This document shows, piece by piece, positions 27,389-50,063 of a stretch of DNA of 64,000 bases (its first letter is position 1; every line of letters begins with the position of its first letter). The notes beneath the pieces are model-generated. The model had not been told where the DNA came from. It saw only the letters and a list, made by a program, of their open reading frames with translations, and did not search any database. The position numbers were made by a program, and so were the translations under genes. This stretch comes from the human T2T-CHM13v2.0 reference genome, Homo sapiens: assembly GCF_009914755.1 (NCBI RefSeq), contig NC_060925.1; one strand, 5' to 3'.

Positions 27389-28886
27389 TGAGCCACCGTG
27401 CCTGGCCCGGGATTAATATTTTTTAAAGACCCAGCTAGCTGCTGGGTGAGGCTGGTGTGGAGTGGGGGTCTGAGGAGAAGCAGGGAGTCAGACTAGAAGG
27501 CCAGGAGGATGGTGGCTCAGGCCCAGCGATGACCTAAACTGCCCAGGGCCAGCTCCTGACAGCCAGCTCAATGTCATCGCTCACGACCCAGCCTCTGTCT
27601 GAAGTTTCCACTCTCCTTGCACCCTTACGATGTTCACTTGCACTGTCAGGTCCATCCTTCAACCCTACTTCAGTGACACCTGGCCTAGCTCCTACCTACG
27701 CCCCTACTGGCACCCACCTCCCCAGCTCCCCCCGGGAAGTCCTTAGCATTCTTGGTGTCCCCACAGAGTGCCCGGCTTGTCTCGATACTGAGCAGCCTGG
27801 TATGTGCTCGAAAACTTGCTGCCGAGTGAGTGAATGGATTTATTACTTCATATTAGAAGAAACAGGGCTCTGTTCCAACCAGGCAAATCTGAGCCTAGAC
27901 CCTGACCTGAAAAAGAGGAATTCTATTTCCAAACACCCGGCTCATTTCCCTCTCATTAGATTTAAAAAAAAAAAAAATTCAAAAAAGAAAGAGAAGAAGC
28001 TGGCCTCCGAGGCTGTGGCGCTCAAATTGCAGCCTTCGACTATTGTTTACGCTATATTTGTCCTGTCTCCAGGCATCATGCTGGGGGACAGAAAGGAAAA
28101 TGCCAAACCATTTCTTCCTGGCCTGGCACCCACGGCGGAATGTTGCCCTGCTGCCGTCTCGCGGCCAGGACAGTCACTGCAAATGTCCCAGAGTGATCAT
28201 TTCCAGAGACTGCAGGAAGAACAGGCTGGTTTTGATGGCAAATGATTTAGCCAGGAGAGGTCCAGGCTGAGGACCTCTTGGGCTGGTGGCCTCCAGTAAC
28301 CTGAGCTGTTATTTATCCTGGGTGGTCTTACGGTCCTAGAATTGCCAACTGCACAGTAGCTGGATGACAGCTCTGCTGGACAGGCGACTTGCAGCCCTGG
28401 CTAAGGCCAGAAACACTGAGTCTTTACAAGTCTTTTTATGGTTCCTCCACAGGGCTGTTTTATTTACCTGCTGTGCAGATGAGGCCTAAGAAAAACTCAG
28501 ACCGAACGTATAATTTGGAGCTAAGTACATGATGGATGCCCAGAGATTTAAAATTAGCCGAGTAAACTTAATACTGGGGCATTATGCTTGCTTTCCAGCG
28601 CCTGAATGTCTGTTAGAGACTCATCACTTGGGAATAGCTCTTGATAAAATAATCAGACTCTATTCTTCCTGGAAATTAAAAAAAAAAAAAAGGATCCACT
28701 CTGAAGGGGACCAGTTGTCCCAAATGTCCTCCAACCAAATCAGGGAGGAGAGCTTGTTGTCTGTGCACACTCAGGTCCAATGTGTGGGATCATTTGGTGG
28801 TTTGCACAAATGAAAGTGAGATTTGGGTGATATTTGGGTGATTTTCAAAAGGCAAATATGTATTCACTATTTTATGTTGTTGTTGA

Positions 28887-29250
<364 letters not shown>

Positions 29251-29609
29251 TGATAGGTGGGGTGGGGTGGGGCGATGAAGGGGTGTGTCCCCCAGCACCT
29301 TCTGTGAGTTCATGATAGGAGATGGCAGAAATTCATGTTAATAGCTCACACACCTTACATTTTTCACATGCATTATTTCATTTGATCCTTACAACAATTT
29401 CATGAGGTCGGTATTATCACCTCCTTTCACTAAATGGAGAGGCTGAGGCTTAGAGTGCTGACATGGCTTGCCCATGATCAGGCGGGAGGAAGCAACTGCA
29501 GAGCCAGGATTCCAACTGCCAGATGGGTAATCAAATACCCTGCACTGTTTTCATCCAGACTAGGGCGTAGTCGACCAGGTGTTACACCTCTGATCTCGTC
29601 ATCTGTTGA

Positions 29610-29852
<243 letters not shown>

Positions 29853-29995
29853 TAGCCAGGATAGTCTCGATCTCCTGACCTCGTGATCCGCCTGCCTCAG
29901 CCTCCCAAAGTGCTGGGATTACAGGCATGAGCCACTGTGCCTAGCAGTAACACCCTTTAATCCCCTTCAGAGTACAATAACAATTGAGACATGTA

Positions 29996-30482
29996 GTGTA
30001 TTAGTTATATGTAACAAAGGATCCCAAAATTTAGCAGCTTCAAACATCAGTAAATATGTATTGTCTCAGTTTCTGAGAGTGAGGAATCTGAGAGTGAATG
30101 TGTTGGGTGATTAGAGGGGAGGGATTCTTAGGAGGTTGCAACGAAGAGGTCAGCCAGGGCTACAGTCAGCTCAAAGCTCAATTGAGGCTGGAAGACTTGA
30201 TTTTAAGCTCACTCACTTTCCTGTTGGCAGAAGGCCTCCTTCCTTGACATGTGGGTTTCTCTCTAGGGATGCTCATGATATGAGTTCAGGCTTCCCCAAA
30301 GCAGGTGATGAGAGAAGGAGGGGGTGGAGAGAGAGAGAGAGAACCCAGCAGTGACATACTATCATTTTTGCCATATGCTAATGATCACATAGACCATGCC
30401 TCATACAGTGTGGCACTATACAAGGGCATGAGTACCGGGAGCCTGGAATTATTGGGCACCATCTTGGAGGTTGCCTACCACA
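29996..30482 (-). mobile_element. MLT1F-like solo LTR
   Basis: TGTATTAGTTAT...ATTGGGCACCATCTTGGAGGTTGCCTACCACA. Confidence 0.72.
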
Positions 30483-30594
30483 TGGACACAAAAGATAGAG
30501 AACACAATGAAACACGGCTTTAAAACTGAAATAGCCTGTAATCCCAGCACTTTGGGAGGATCACGAGGTCAGGAGATCGAGACCATCCTGGCTA

Positions 30595-30825
<231 letters not shown>

Positions 30826-32559
30826 TTAAAGGAAGTGGCATAAGAAGTGTGGGCACAGGGGCTTCTTAGTACTTCATCTCTGAAGTAGAGACACTTAGCC
30901 ACCTGGCCACAGGTGGGGCTGGAAAACCAAAGCCTCTCCTGCAGGAGCACAGCAGCCAGGTTAGGCTTAAGGCGTGGAGCAGTAGAGAACCTCCACTGAG
31001 GACCAGACATTCTGCAAAGAGAATGCACTGAGCTGGACAGGCTCAGCAACGTCTCCCAAGGGCCAAACTCGGGTCATGCCACTCCTCTCCCAGCAGGCTG
31101 GTAATGCTTCTCTTGAAGACATGCCCAACATATGGCGAGTGAATGGATTTCTCCCTCCACCATCCCTGGCCCAATCCACTCTCTGTTCCAACAAGGACTG
31201 CTACATCTGATGGATGTTTTATGGACCCCTGTGGGCAAGGACTGTTTCTCATTGATGTGGGTGTCCCCAGAACCTATCATGGGGCATGACATGTGCCATC
31301 TTCCTCCTCCCCCTCTTCCATCATTGAGTGCCTAGCATGTGCTAAGCAGTGTACTAATTCCTCCACAGGAATGATCTCATTCGATCATCATCACTTTCTC
31401 TTATGTGGCAGGTACCAATACTATCCCCATTGAAAGGATAAGTCAGCATTAGAGAAGTTAATGTGCCAATGGCCACAAGTTAGCAGGTGGCAGAGGTGGG
31501 ATCTGGTACCAGCCAGTCTGACTCCACTGCCACGCTCTTAAACTCCATGCCAGAGAGGCTGTTCAGTAAATATTTGTTGAAACAGATTCATTTAAAAAAA
31601 ACCATTGACTTAAAAAAGGAAAGAAAATCTAAGCAAGTAAAATTGTTGGACCATAGCAAGTTCTAGACAGAAGCTAATCCCCACAGTTCTTTTTCCAGGT
31701 CCCAAGAATAAACTTAAAATGGAAAAGAGGAACATCCTGCAAATAAATCATTAGTTTCCAAAAAGCAAAAGCGTGAGCCAGGAAACCACTTCATTTTCAG
31801 AATAGACCTTCTTCTCATTCCCATATACTTCTGTAGATGCTGCCTCCATGATTAAAAGAAGGGCTGCTGGCCAGGCGCGGTGGCTCATGCCTGTAATCCC
31901 AGCACTTTGGGAGGCCGAGGTGGGTGGATCACCTGAGGTCAGGAGTTTGAGACCAGCCTCAACATGGAGAAACCCCATCTCTACTAAAAATACAAAATTA
32001 GCCGGGCGTGGTGGTGCATGCCTGTAATCCCAGCTACTCGGGAGGCTGAGGTAGGAGAATTGCTTGAACCCGGGAGGTTCACTGCACTCCAGCCTGGGCA
32101 ACAAGAGCGCAACTCTGTCTCAAAAAAAAAACAAATAAATAAATAAATAAAAGAAGGGCTGCTGATGAGACCTTAGCAGGCAGGAGTACGTGAGAGCCTT
32201 ACTCCCCGCTAAGTCCCCACCAGAAGTTCAGCACGATGGTCAGTGCTGATGGCTTGTTGGCTCTGAGCACCAGGAAGTGGGGATGGGTTTATACTCCACT
32301 TCCCAAGAAACACAATTTCAGAGTTTATGAGACAAACAAATGAAAGGCCAAGAGCCAGGCTGCTCAAGGCATTAGTGCCTCCACTCAACTTGTTGGCTTG
32401 TCTGGAAACAACAACTCATTTGCTGGTATGCAGTGGTGCCCGGCCTGCTGCTTAGATGCTCCCCACAACCCCACCCACTCGTCTAATTATGTCAATTCAT
32501 GTCACAGTTCCCACACCAGAGCGGACCAACTGCCACATGTGCACCAACTATGAGTAAGG

Positions 32560-34345
<1,786 letters not shown>

Positions 34346-34749
34346 AATTCCTCTTTAAAGAAACTTCATATCTCTATAGTCAATGGAAAACCAGTATCAC
34401 TTCCCATAATATAATGTAACCATAGGATAAAGATAATGCAAACAAAACAATTGTATTAAATTCTAGCTGGATACTGTTGCTGGTGCAGTATCCCTTAACA
34501 GGTGTTGAAGAGGTGTTTAAGACACAACACATAATTCACATAAGAACACATGATTCAGACTTTCTCCTTGATATGATTCAAAGATTAAAAATGAACTGAA
34601 TTCCTCTTCGAGAAGTACGGCATATCAGTTCCTCTGAAGGCTCCTCCTCTGTAATATAACTAGGTCTCAGGAAAATTACAATAAACATAGTTTTATGCGC
34701 TGCTAGGCTTGTATGAAAATAAAGGCTCTCTAAGGTTGGTGGGGAGATG

Positions 34750-37630
<2,881 letters not shown>

Positions 37631-38156
37631 CCCTCTAGGTCTGCATAGTGCAGGAATTAAGAGCACAGACTCCGGAACCAAATCCTGGCTCCTCCACGGC
37701 CTTGGGAAGGTAGCAACATCTCCATACATGCCTCAGTTTTCTCTATGGAGAAAGGAATATTAACCCAGTAAAATCCGATTGGAAGTTGGCTACCATTATT
37801 CCCCCTGCTCCTGTTTCCATTCTGTCAACTTCAAATAGTGCTACCTAGTATCTTAAACGATTGGATATTTTGGACTTCATTTATAGGATTATGGCAGGAT
37901 TTGGCTGTGGTAACTAATTCATAAGTATTGTAGGAAAATTAATATATATGAAACTATGTCACAGTCATTCTCTACCCCAGTGGGCTTCACATTTTTATTC
38001 TGCTTACATATATTTAAAAATAATCTTGAAAAATGATGTACCCTCTCTGCACACTTTAAAACTTAGATTTAAAATTCCTCAGCACGGCCAGGCACGGTGG
38101 CTCATGCCTGTAATCCCAGCACTTTGGGAGGCCAAGGCAGGCGAATCACAAGGTCA

Positions 38157-38399
<243 letters not shown>

Positions 38400-38565
38400 T
38401 CAAATAGTTGCACAAGATACAATTTTACACCCAGCATAGTGTAAATGTTGACCTTTTAAAATAAATGATTACATTACTCTTTTAAATGCACCCAACAGAA
38501 TCTGAAAATCTGCAATTAATGCCCTTAAAAATATGGATATTGATTTTAAAAATCATATATGATGA

Positions 38566-38691
<126 letters not shown>

Positions 38692-38937
38692 TGAGTAGCT
38701 GGGATTACAGGTATGCACCACCACGCCCGGCTAATTTTTTGTATTTTTAGTAGAGACAGGGATTCACCATGTTGATCAGGCTGGTCGCGAACTCCTGACC
38801 TCGTGATCTGCCCGCCTCAGCCTCCCAAAGTGCTGGGATTACAGGCATGAGCCACTGCGCCCGGCTGAAAAAAATCTTATGCTGATGGCACTATCACGTA
38901 TCTCTGCAACAAAAGTATATCTAAAAATGGAAATGGA

Positions 38938-41961
<3,024 letters not shown>

Positions 41962-42025
41962 AAAAATGGAAATGAACAGTTTTTAATTGTCTAAGTTAAA
42001 TTTTTTCTGGATTGAACTATTGTAA

Positions 42026-42356
<331 letters not shown>

Positions 42357-42923
42357 TGATACAAATATTACCAATTTTAATAAATAAATATACTCCTAAT
42401 ATTTTTATGCCAATAATAAAGAAAAAAATAATAAAAGTAAAATCTTATTGGAAATGTAGCACTTAATGAGATGAGTATCTCCCCCAATTAACTCATATAC
42501 CCATGGATGTCTATTACTCATTGCTAGAATAAGATAGGAGTCGATATTAATTTATTCCAATTAAAAAATTTGTATAACTGTAAGTTTGAGGAACTATGTT
42601 CACATAAATACAAATATTGGAATAAAAGGAATGTTGTTATCTCACTTCTTTGAACTCATGAATTTATCAAAGATAAATTATTAAAGATTAGATGGTGATC
42701 AATCGTTAAATGACAAGTTAATGATGGCAAACGGATTAAATTTTGTTGGAGAAAAAAAGAATTGTGAACATTTTGGTTTGCAAAAAGACATATCTCTGAG
42801 TCATTTGAGTCATTTTCAGTTTCTGGAAAGCAAACCGAAAGGCCCAGTGGTCCCCTTTTATCCTCAGGGAATACATTTTGAGATTCTCCAGTAGATGTCA
42901 GAAACCTTGAATGAACCTCTATA

Positions 42924-43553
<630 letters not shown>

Positions 43554-43674
43554 TACCTATACATACATACATATGATAGCTTATCATATGTATAGCTTAT
43601 ATCATATAATAGCTTATCCTATACATACATACGTATGATAAAGTTTAATTTATAAATTAGGTGCAGTAAGAGAT

Positions 43675-44174
43675 TGTTAGGTATGAGTTCTAAATTCCTT
43701 TTCAAAAAATTAGTATGTCAGTATGTTAAATTCTTCGCCTTCTACTTTTAAACTTAACTTCCTCCCGAAGCAACTTTTTCGATTACCTGCTTCACCCTGA
43801 CTCATTCTGATCACCTGCTCCACCCTACATTCAAATCACCTGTTCCACCCTAACTCATTCCAATTACCTGCTACCTGCTCTGCCCTGATTCCCGCCAAAG
43901 CACTCACCCCGTCATGCTCTTTAAGTTAGCCAATCGGAATTAGTTTAGCCTGTGCAGTCTAACCCTAGTCAATAGCAGAACGACACAGCAGCAGGGGACA
44001 CGTGCGTCAGGAATATGAACCCCTTCCCCTCCTTGTCCAAGTGTGCGCTCACTATGGTTCCATCTGTTAGGGCGCACCCTTCTATAGAGAAGTAACTTGG
44101 CTTGCTGAGAATTGAAAAGAAAGTTTTATATCAAGTGCTATTTCTTTTGCGGCACTGAAACTTTATATATAACA
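43675..44174 (+). mobile_element. 5' LTR (LTR10F-like)
   Basis: Starts TGTTAGGTATGAGTTCTAAAT, ends TATATAACA; contains the ~28-bp CCACCCTGACTCATTC repeat typical of LTR10; followed by the PBS. Confidence 0.88.
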
Positions 44175-44860
44175 ATTTGGGGTCTCACCTGGGATTACAT
44201 TCCCTTCCGGGGACAGTCTCTGGTTCTCTCTCGTGAGGAGGTGCACCCCACCCTATTGTGGCGGCCTCAGGGGTGAGAAATCATGACCCACCCAGTGCGA
44301 GGAATAACCTGAGCTCTCAGCAACGTGGGAAAAAAAAAAAAAAACTGGCCAGCAACAAAGCTTAAAGGATCCTCACATACGGCAGCCACAACTCTGTGCA
44401 CAGACCAAGGAAGGAGAAGCCGCAAGAGCTGGTAAAGTATTTCCTTGGTGGTCAAATTCTGGAGGGCTAAATGTGTGTGTGCGTGAATGATCACAAACGA
44501 CCCTTCTTGCGGTGTGGTTCGTGTGGATGGTGACAAGTCCTACTGCTGGACGGAGTGAGTGGATCCTCTCTGCGGTTCCGTAGCTACCTCATATGGCTTA
44601 GGGTGGATCCTGCCGTGGGCACACCCACACTAAGAAGGACCTGATTCTACCTTGAGGGAGCGGCCAGAGAGGACAGCACGAGTAGCAAGTGTGCAAAGGA
44701 CCTTCAGAGGGAGAAAGGGGAGAAACAGGTCAACCTTCCAGGACAGGCAAGACACCCCTGGGTTGAGGGGCTGAGCCTTCCAGGACAGGTAAGACACCCC
44801 TGGGGTGAGGGGTTGAGCCTTCCAGGACAGGCAAGACATCCCTGGTTTGAGGGGTTGAGC

Positions 44861-45249
44861 TGTCAGGCCTCTGAGCCCAAGCTAAGCCATCATATCCCCC
44901 TGTGACCTGCACGTATACATCCAGATGGCCTGAAGCAACAGAAGATCCACAAAATAAGTGAAAATAGCCTTAACTGATGACATTCCACCATTGTGATTTG
45001 TTCCCGCCCCACCCTAACTGATACGATATATTCTCCCCCCGCCCTTAAGAAGGTACTTTGTAATATTCTCCCCCACCCTTGAGAATGAACTTTATACGCC
45101 TATCCCAAACCTATAAGAACTATTGATAATCCCACCACCCTTTGCTGACTCCTTTTTCGGACTCAGCCCGCCTGCACCTAGGTGAAATAAACAGCCTGTT
45201 GCTCACACAAAGCCTGTTTGGTGGTCTCTTCATACAGACGCACGTGACA
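44861..45249 (+). mobile_element. HERV-H 5' LTR (LTR7 family, type II repeats)
   Basis: Canonical LTR7 start; duplicated TTCTCCCCC(G/A)CCCTT(A/G)AGAA..ACTTT unit; AATAAA near 45186; ends GTGACA. Confidence 0.93.
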
Positions 45250-45785
45250 TTTGGTGCCGAAGACCTGGGACAGGAGGACTCCTTCGGGAGACCAGTTCCC
45301 TGTCCTCGCCCTCACTCTGTGAGGAGATCCACCTACCACCTTGGGTCCTCAGACCAACCAGCCCAAGGAACATCTCACCAATTTCAAACCGGGTAAGTGG
45401 TCTTTTCACTCTCTTCTCCAGCCTCTCTCGCTACCCTTCAATCTCCCTGTCTTTCCAATTCCAGTTCTTTTTCCTCTCTAGTAGAGACAAAGGAGACACA
45501 TTTTATCTGTGGACCCAAAACTCTGGCGCCGGTCACAGACTCGGGAAGACAGGCTTCCCTTGGTGTTTAATCACTGCAGGGACACCTGCCTGATTATTCA
45601 CCCACATTTCATTGGTGTCTGATCACCACGGGGACGCCTGCCTTGGTCATTCACCCACATTCCCTTGGTGGCAAGTCAATTATGGGGATGCCTGCTTTGG
45701 TTGCTCACCCACATTGCAGCCCAGGGCTGTTCACCACCCCCTTCTCCGTGTCTCTACCTTTCTCTTTAAACTTGCCTCCCTCACT

Positions 45786-47378
45786 ATGGGCAAACTTCCG
45801 CCCTCCATTCCCCCATCTTCTCCCTTAGCCTGTGTTCTTAAAAACCTAAAATCCCTTCAACTCACACCTGACCTAAAACCTAAATGCCTTTTTTTCTTCT
45901 TCAATACCGCTTGGCCCCAGTACAAACTCAACAATAGCTCCAAATGGCAGAGAACGGCACTCTCGATTTGTCTATCCCACAAGACCTAGATAATCTTTGT
46001 CGAAAAATGGGCAAATGGTCTGAGGTGCCTTACGTCCAGGCATTTTTCACACTTCGTTCCCCCTCTAGTCTCTGTTCCCACTGCGACTTGTCCCAAATCC
46101 TCCTCCTTTCCCTCCCGCCTGTCCCTTCAGTCCCAACCAAAAGCGTCGCTGAGTCTTTTGAATCTTCCTTTTCTACTCACCCATCGGACCTCTCACCTCC
46201 TCCCCAGACTGCTGCTGCTCAGCTCGCTCCCCGCCAGGCTAATCAGGCCCCAACTCTTCTTCAGCCTCTGCTTCCCGACCCTATAACCCTTCTATTACCT
46301 CCCCTTCTCACACCTGGTCTGGCTTACAGTTTTGTTCTGCGACTAGCTCTCCCCCACCTGCCCAACAATTTCCTCTTAGAGAGGTGGCTGGAGCTGAAGG
46401 CATAGTCAGGGTACATGTGCCTTTTTCTCTATCAGACCTTTCCCAAATCAGCCAGTGTTTAGGCTCTTTCTCATCAGACCCCACGAAATATATACAGGAA
46501 TTCCGATATCTAACTCTGTCCTACAAGTTAACCTGGAGAGACTTACATGTCATCCTGACTTCCACCCTCTCCCCAGATGAACGGGAAAGAGTTTTCTCTC
46601 TAGCCCAGTCTCACACTGATAACCACCAGCTTCATGAGCCAGGCCTCCAGGAAGGCATTAGAGCAGTTCCCCAAGAGGACCCCCTATGGAACTATCAGGC
46701 AGATTCCCCAGGTATAGCTAGGCCAGATTACATGGTTTCCTGCCTAGTTGAAGGGCTCAAAAAGGCAGCATACAAAGCTGTTAATTATGACAAGCTAAAG
46801 GAAACTACCCAAGGTAAAGATGAAAACCCAGCCCAGTTCATGGCCTGCTTAGCAGTTAGACACTTTACCGCCCTAGACCCAGAGGGGCCAGAAGGCTGTC
46901 TTATTCTCAATATGCATTTCATTACCCAATCCCCTCCTGACATTAGAAAAAGCTCCAAAAATTAGATTCCAGCCCTCAAACCCCACAACAGGACTTAATT
47001 AACCTCACCTTCAAGGTGTACAATAATAGAGTAGAGGCAACGTATTTCTGAGTTGCAATTACTTGCCACTGTGAGAGAAACGCCAGCCACATCTCCACAC
47101 ACGAGAACTTCAAAACGCCTGAACCGCAGCAGCTAGTTGTTCCTCCAGGACCGCCTCCCCCAGGATCTTGCTTCAAGTGCCGGATATCTAGCCACTGGGC
47201 CAAGGAACGCCCACTGCCCGGGATTCCTCCTAAGCCATGTCCCATCTGTGCTGGACCCCGTTGGAAATTGGACTGTCCAGCTCACCCGGCAGCCACTCCC
47301 AGAGCCCCTGGAACTCTGGCCCAAGGATCTCTGACTGACTCCTTCCCAGATCTTCTCAGCTTAGTGGCTGAAGACTGA
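45786..47378 (+). pseudogene. gag: HERV-H gag, frameshifted
   Basis: MGKLPPSIPPSSPLACVLKNLKSLQLTPDLKPK matrix start; capsid AGAEGIVRVHVPFSLSDLSQI...TTQGKDENPAQF (major homology region); degenerate zinc knuckles CFKCRISSHWAKE and CPICAGPRWKLDC; stop TGA 47376-47378; split over several frames. Confidence 0.88.
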
Positions 47379-50055
47379 CACTGCCTGATCACCTTGGAAG
47401 CCCACAGGAGCATCACAGATGTTTTGGGTAACTCTTACAGTGGAGGGTAAGTCCATCCCCTTCTTAATACGGAGGCTACCCGCTCTACATTACCTTCTTT
47501 TCAAGGGCCTGTTTCCCATGCCCCCATAACTGTTGTGGGTATTGATGGCCAGGCTTCTAAACCTCTTAAAACTCCCCAACTCTGGTGCCAACTTGGACAA
47601 TATTCTCTTATACACTCCTTTTTAGTTATCCCCACTTGTCCAGTTCCCTTATTAGGCCGAGACATTTTAACCAGATTATCTGCTTCCTTGGTTATTCCTG
47701 GAAAACAGCCACATCTCATTGCCACCCTTCTTCCCAACCCAAAGCCTTCTTCACATCTTCCTCTTGTATCCCCGCACCTTAACCCACAGGTATGGGACAC
47801 CTCTAACTCCCTTCCTGGCAACCGATCACATGCCCCTTACCATCCCATTAAAACCTAATCACCCTTACCCCGCTCAACGCCAATATCCCATCCCACAGCA
47901 TGATCTAAAAGGATTAAAGCCTGTTACAGCATGGCCTTTTAAAGCCTATAAACTCTCCTTACAATTCTCCCATTTTACCTGTCCGAAAACCGGACAAGTC
48001 TTACAAGTTAGTTCAGGATCTGCGCTTTATCAACCAAATTGTCTTGCCTATCCCACCCCATGGTGCCAAACCCATATACTCTCCTGTCCTCAATACCTCC
48101 CTCTACAACCCATTATTCTATTCTAGATAAGCCTAGCTGACCCCGTAAATCCTAAATCCTTTCCCCACTCCCCTTTCCATTTCTTAAAAAGCAGCCCTAA
48201 AAGCTGCTCCCACACTAGCTCCCCCTAACTCAACCCGACCTTTTTCATTACACATAGCCGAAGTGCAGGGCTGTGTGATTGGAATTCTTACACAAGAGCT
48301 GGGACCACACCCTGTAGCCTTTCTGTCCAAACAACTTGAACTTACTTTTAGCCTAGCCCTCATGTCTGCGTGTGGCAGCTGCCGCTGCTTTAATACTTTT
48401 AGAGGCCCTCAAAATCACAAACTATGCTCAATTCACTCTCTACAGTTCTCATAACTTCCAAAATATATTTTCTTTCTCACACCTGATGCATATACTTCCT
48501 GCCCTCCGGCTCCTTCAGCTATACTCACTCTTTGTTGAGCCTCCTACAATTACCATTGTGCCTGGCCCCGGACTTCAATCAGGCCTTCCACATTATTCCT
48601 GATACCACACCTGACCTCCATGACTGTATCTTTCTGATCCAACTGACATTCACTCTGTTTCCCCATATTTCCTTCTTTCCTGTTCCTTACCCTGATCACA
48701 CTTGGCTTATTGATGGCAGTTCCACCAGGCCTAATCACCACTCACCAGCAAAGGCAGGCTATGCTATATAGTATCTTCCACATCTATCATTGAGGCTACC
48801 GCTCTGTCCCCTCCACTACCTCTCAGCAAGCTGAACTCATTGGCTTAACTCGGGCCCTCACTCTTGCAAAGGGACTACATGTCAATATTTATACTGACTC
48901 TAAATATGCCTTCCATATCCTACACCACCATGCTCTTCCCACACAAGGCAAATGGTTCTTAGACCAAGGAAAATATCTCCTTCCAGCCTCACAGGCCAAT
49001 TCTATTGTGTCGTCATTTCATAACCTCTTCCACGTAGGTTACAAGCCGCTAGCCCACCTCTTAGAACCTCTCATTTCCTTTCTATCATGGAAATCTGTCC
49101 TCAAGGAAATCACTTCTCAGTGTTCCATCTGCTATTCTACGACTCCTCAGGGATTATTCAGGCCTCCTCCCTTCCCTACACATAAAGCTTGGGGATTTGC
49201 CCCCGCCCAGAATTGGCAAATTGACTTTACTCACATGCCCCGAGTCAGGAAACTAAAATACCTCTTTGTCTGGGTAGACTCTTTCACTGGATGGATAGAG
49301 GCCTTTCCCACAGGGTCTGAGAAGGCCACCGCGGTCATTTCTTCCCTTCTGTCAGACATAATTCCTCAGTTTGGCCTTCCCACCTCTATACTGTCCAATA
49401 AAGACCGGCCTTTATTAGTCAAATCACCCAAGCAGTTTCTCAGGCTCTTGGTGTTCAGTGGAACCTTCATATCCCTTACCGTCCTCAATCTTCAGGAAAG
49501 ATAGAATGGACCAATGGTCTTTTAAAGACATACCTCACCAAGCTTAGCCTTCAACTTAAAAAGGAATGGACAGTACTTTTACCTCTTGCCCTTCTCAGAA
49601 TTAGAGCCTGTCCTTGAGATGCTACAGGGTACAGTCCATTTGAACTTTTATATGGACGCACTTTCTTGCTTGGCCCCAGTCTCATTCCAGACACCAGCCC
49701 TCTAGATGATTATCTTCCAGTCCTCCAGCAAGCTAGACAGGAAATTGGCCAGGCTGCTAATCTTCTCTTGCCTACTTCAGATTCCCAGCCACATGAAGAC
49801 ACCCTAGCTGGACGATCAGTTCTTGTTAAGAATCTGACCCCTCAAACTCTACAACCTTGATGGACCGGACCCCACTTAGTTATCTATAGTACCCCAACTG
49901 CCATCCGCCTGCAGGATCCTCCCCACTGGGTTCACCATTCCAGAATTAAGCTATGTCCATCACACAGCCAGCCTAATCTTTCCTCTTCCTCCTGGAAGTC
50001 GCAACTACTCTCCCCTACTTCCCTTAAACTCACTCGCATTTCTGAAGAACAGTAA
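47379..50055 (+). pseudogene. pol: HERV-H pro-pol, frameshifted with internal deletions
   Basis: Protease VGIDGQASKPLKTP...PVPLLGRDILTRL; RT start YPAQRQYPIP; RT catalytic core missing (jump near 48128); RNase H WLIDGSS; integrase WQIDFTHMPRVRKLKYLFVWVDSFTGWIEAFPT. Confidence 0.87.
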
Positions 50056-50063
50056 TAACCCTT

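Noticed and set aside
27571-28245. 224-aa ORF
   Set aside because: Crosses decayed L2-like sequence and a poly-A run; no protein family resemblance or clear exon structure.
29259-29283. G-quadruplex motif GGGGTGGGGTGGGG-N7-GGGG
   Set aside because: The motif is real but common, and there is no supporting context.
46384-46965. Intact HERV-H Gag capsid protein (193 aa)
   Set aside because: Fragment bounded by frameshifts with a GTG start; ordinary proviral decay.
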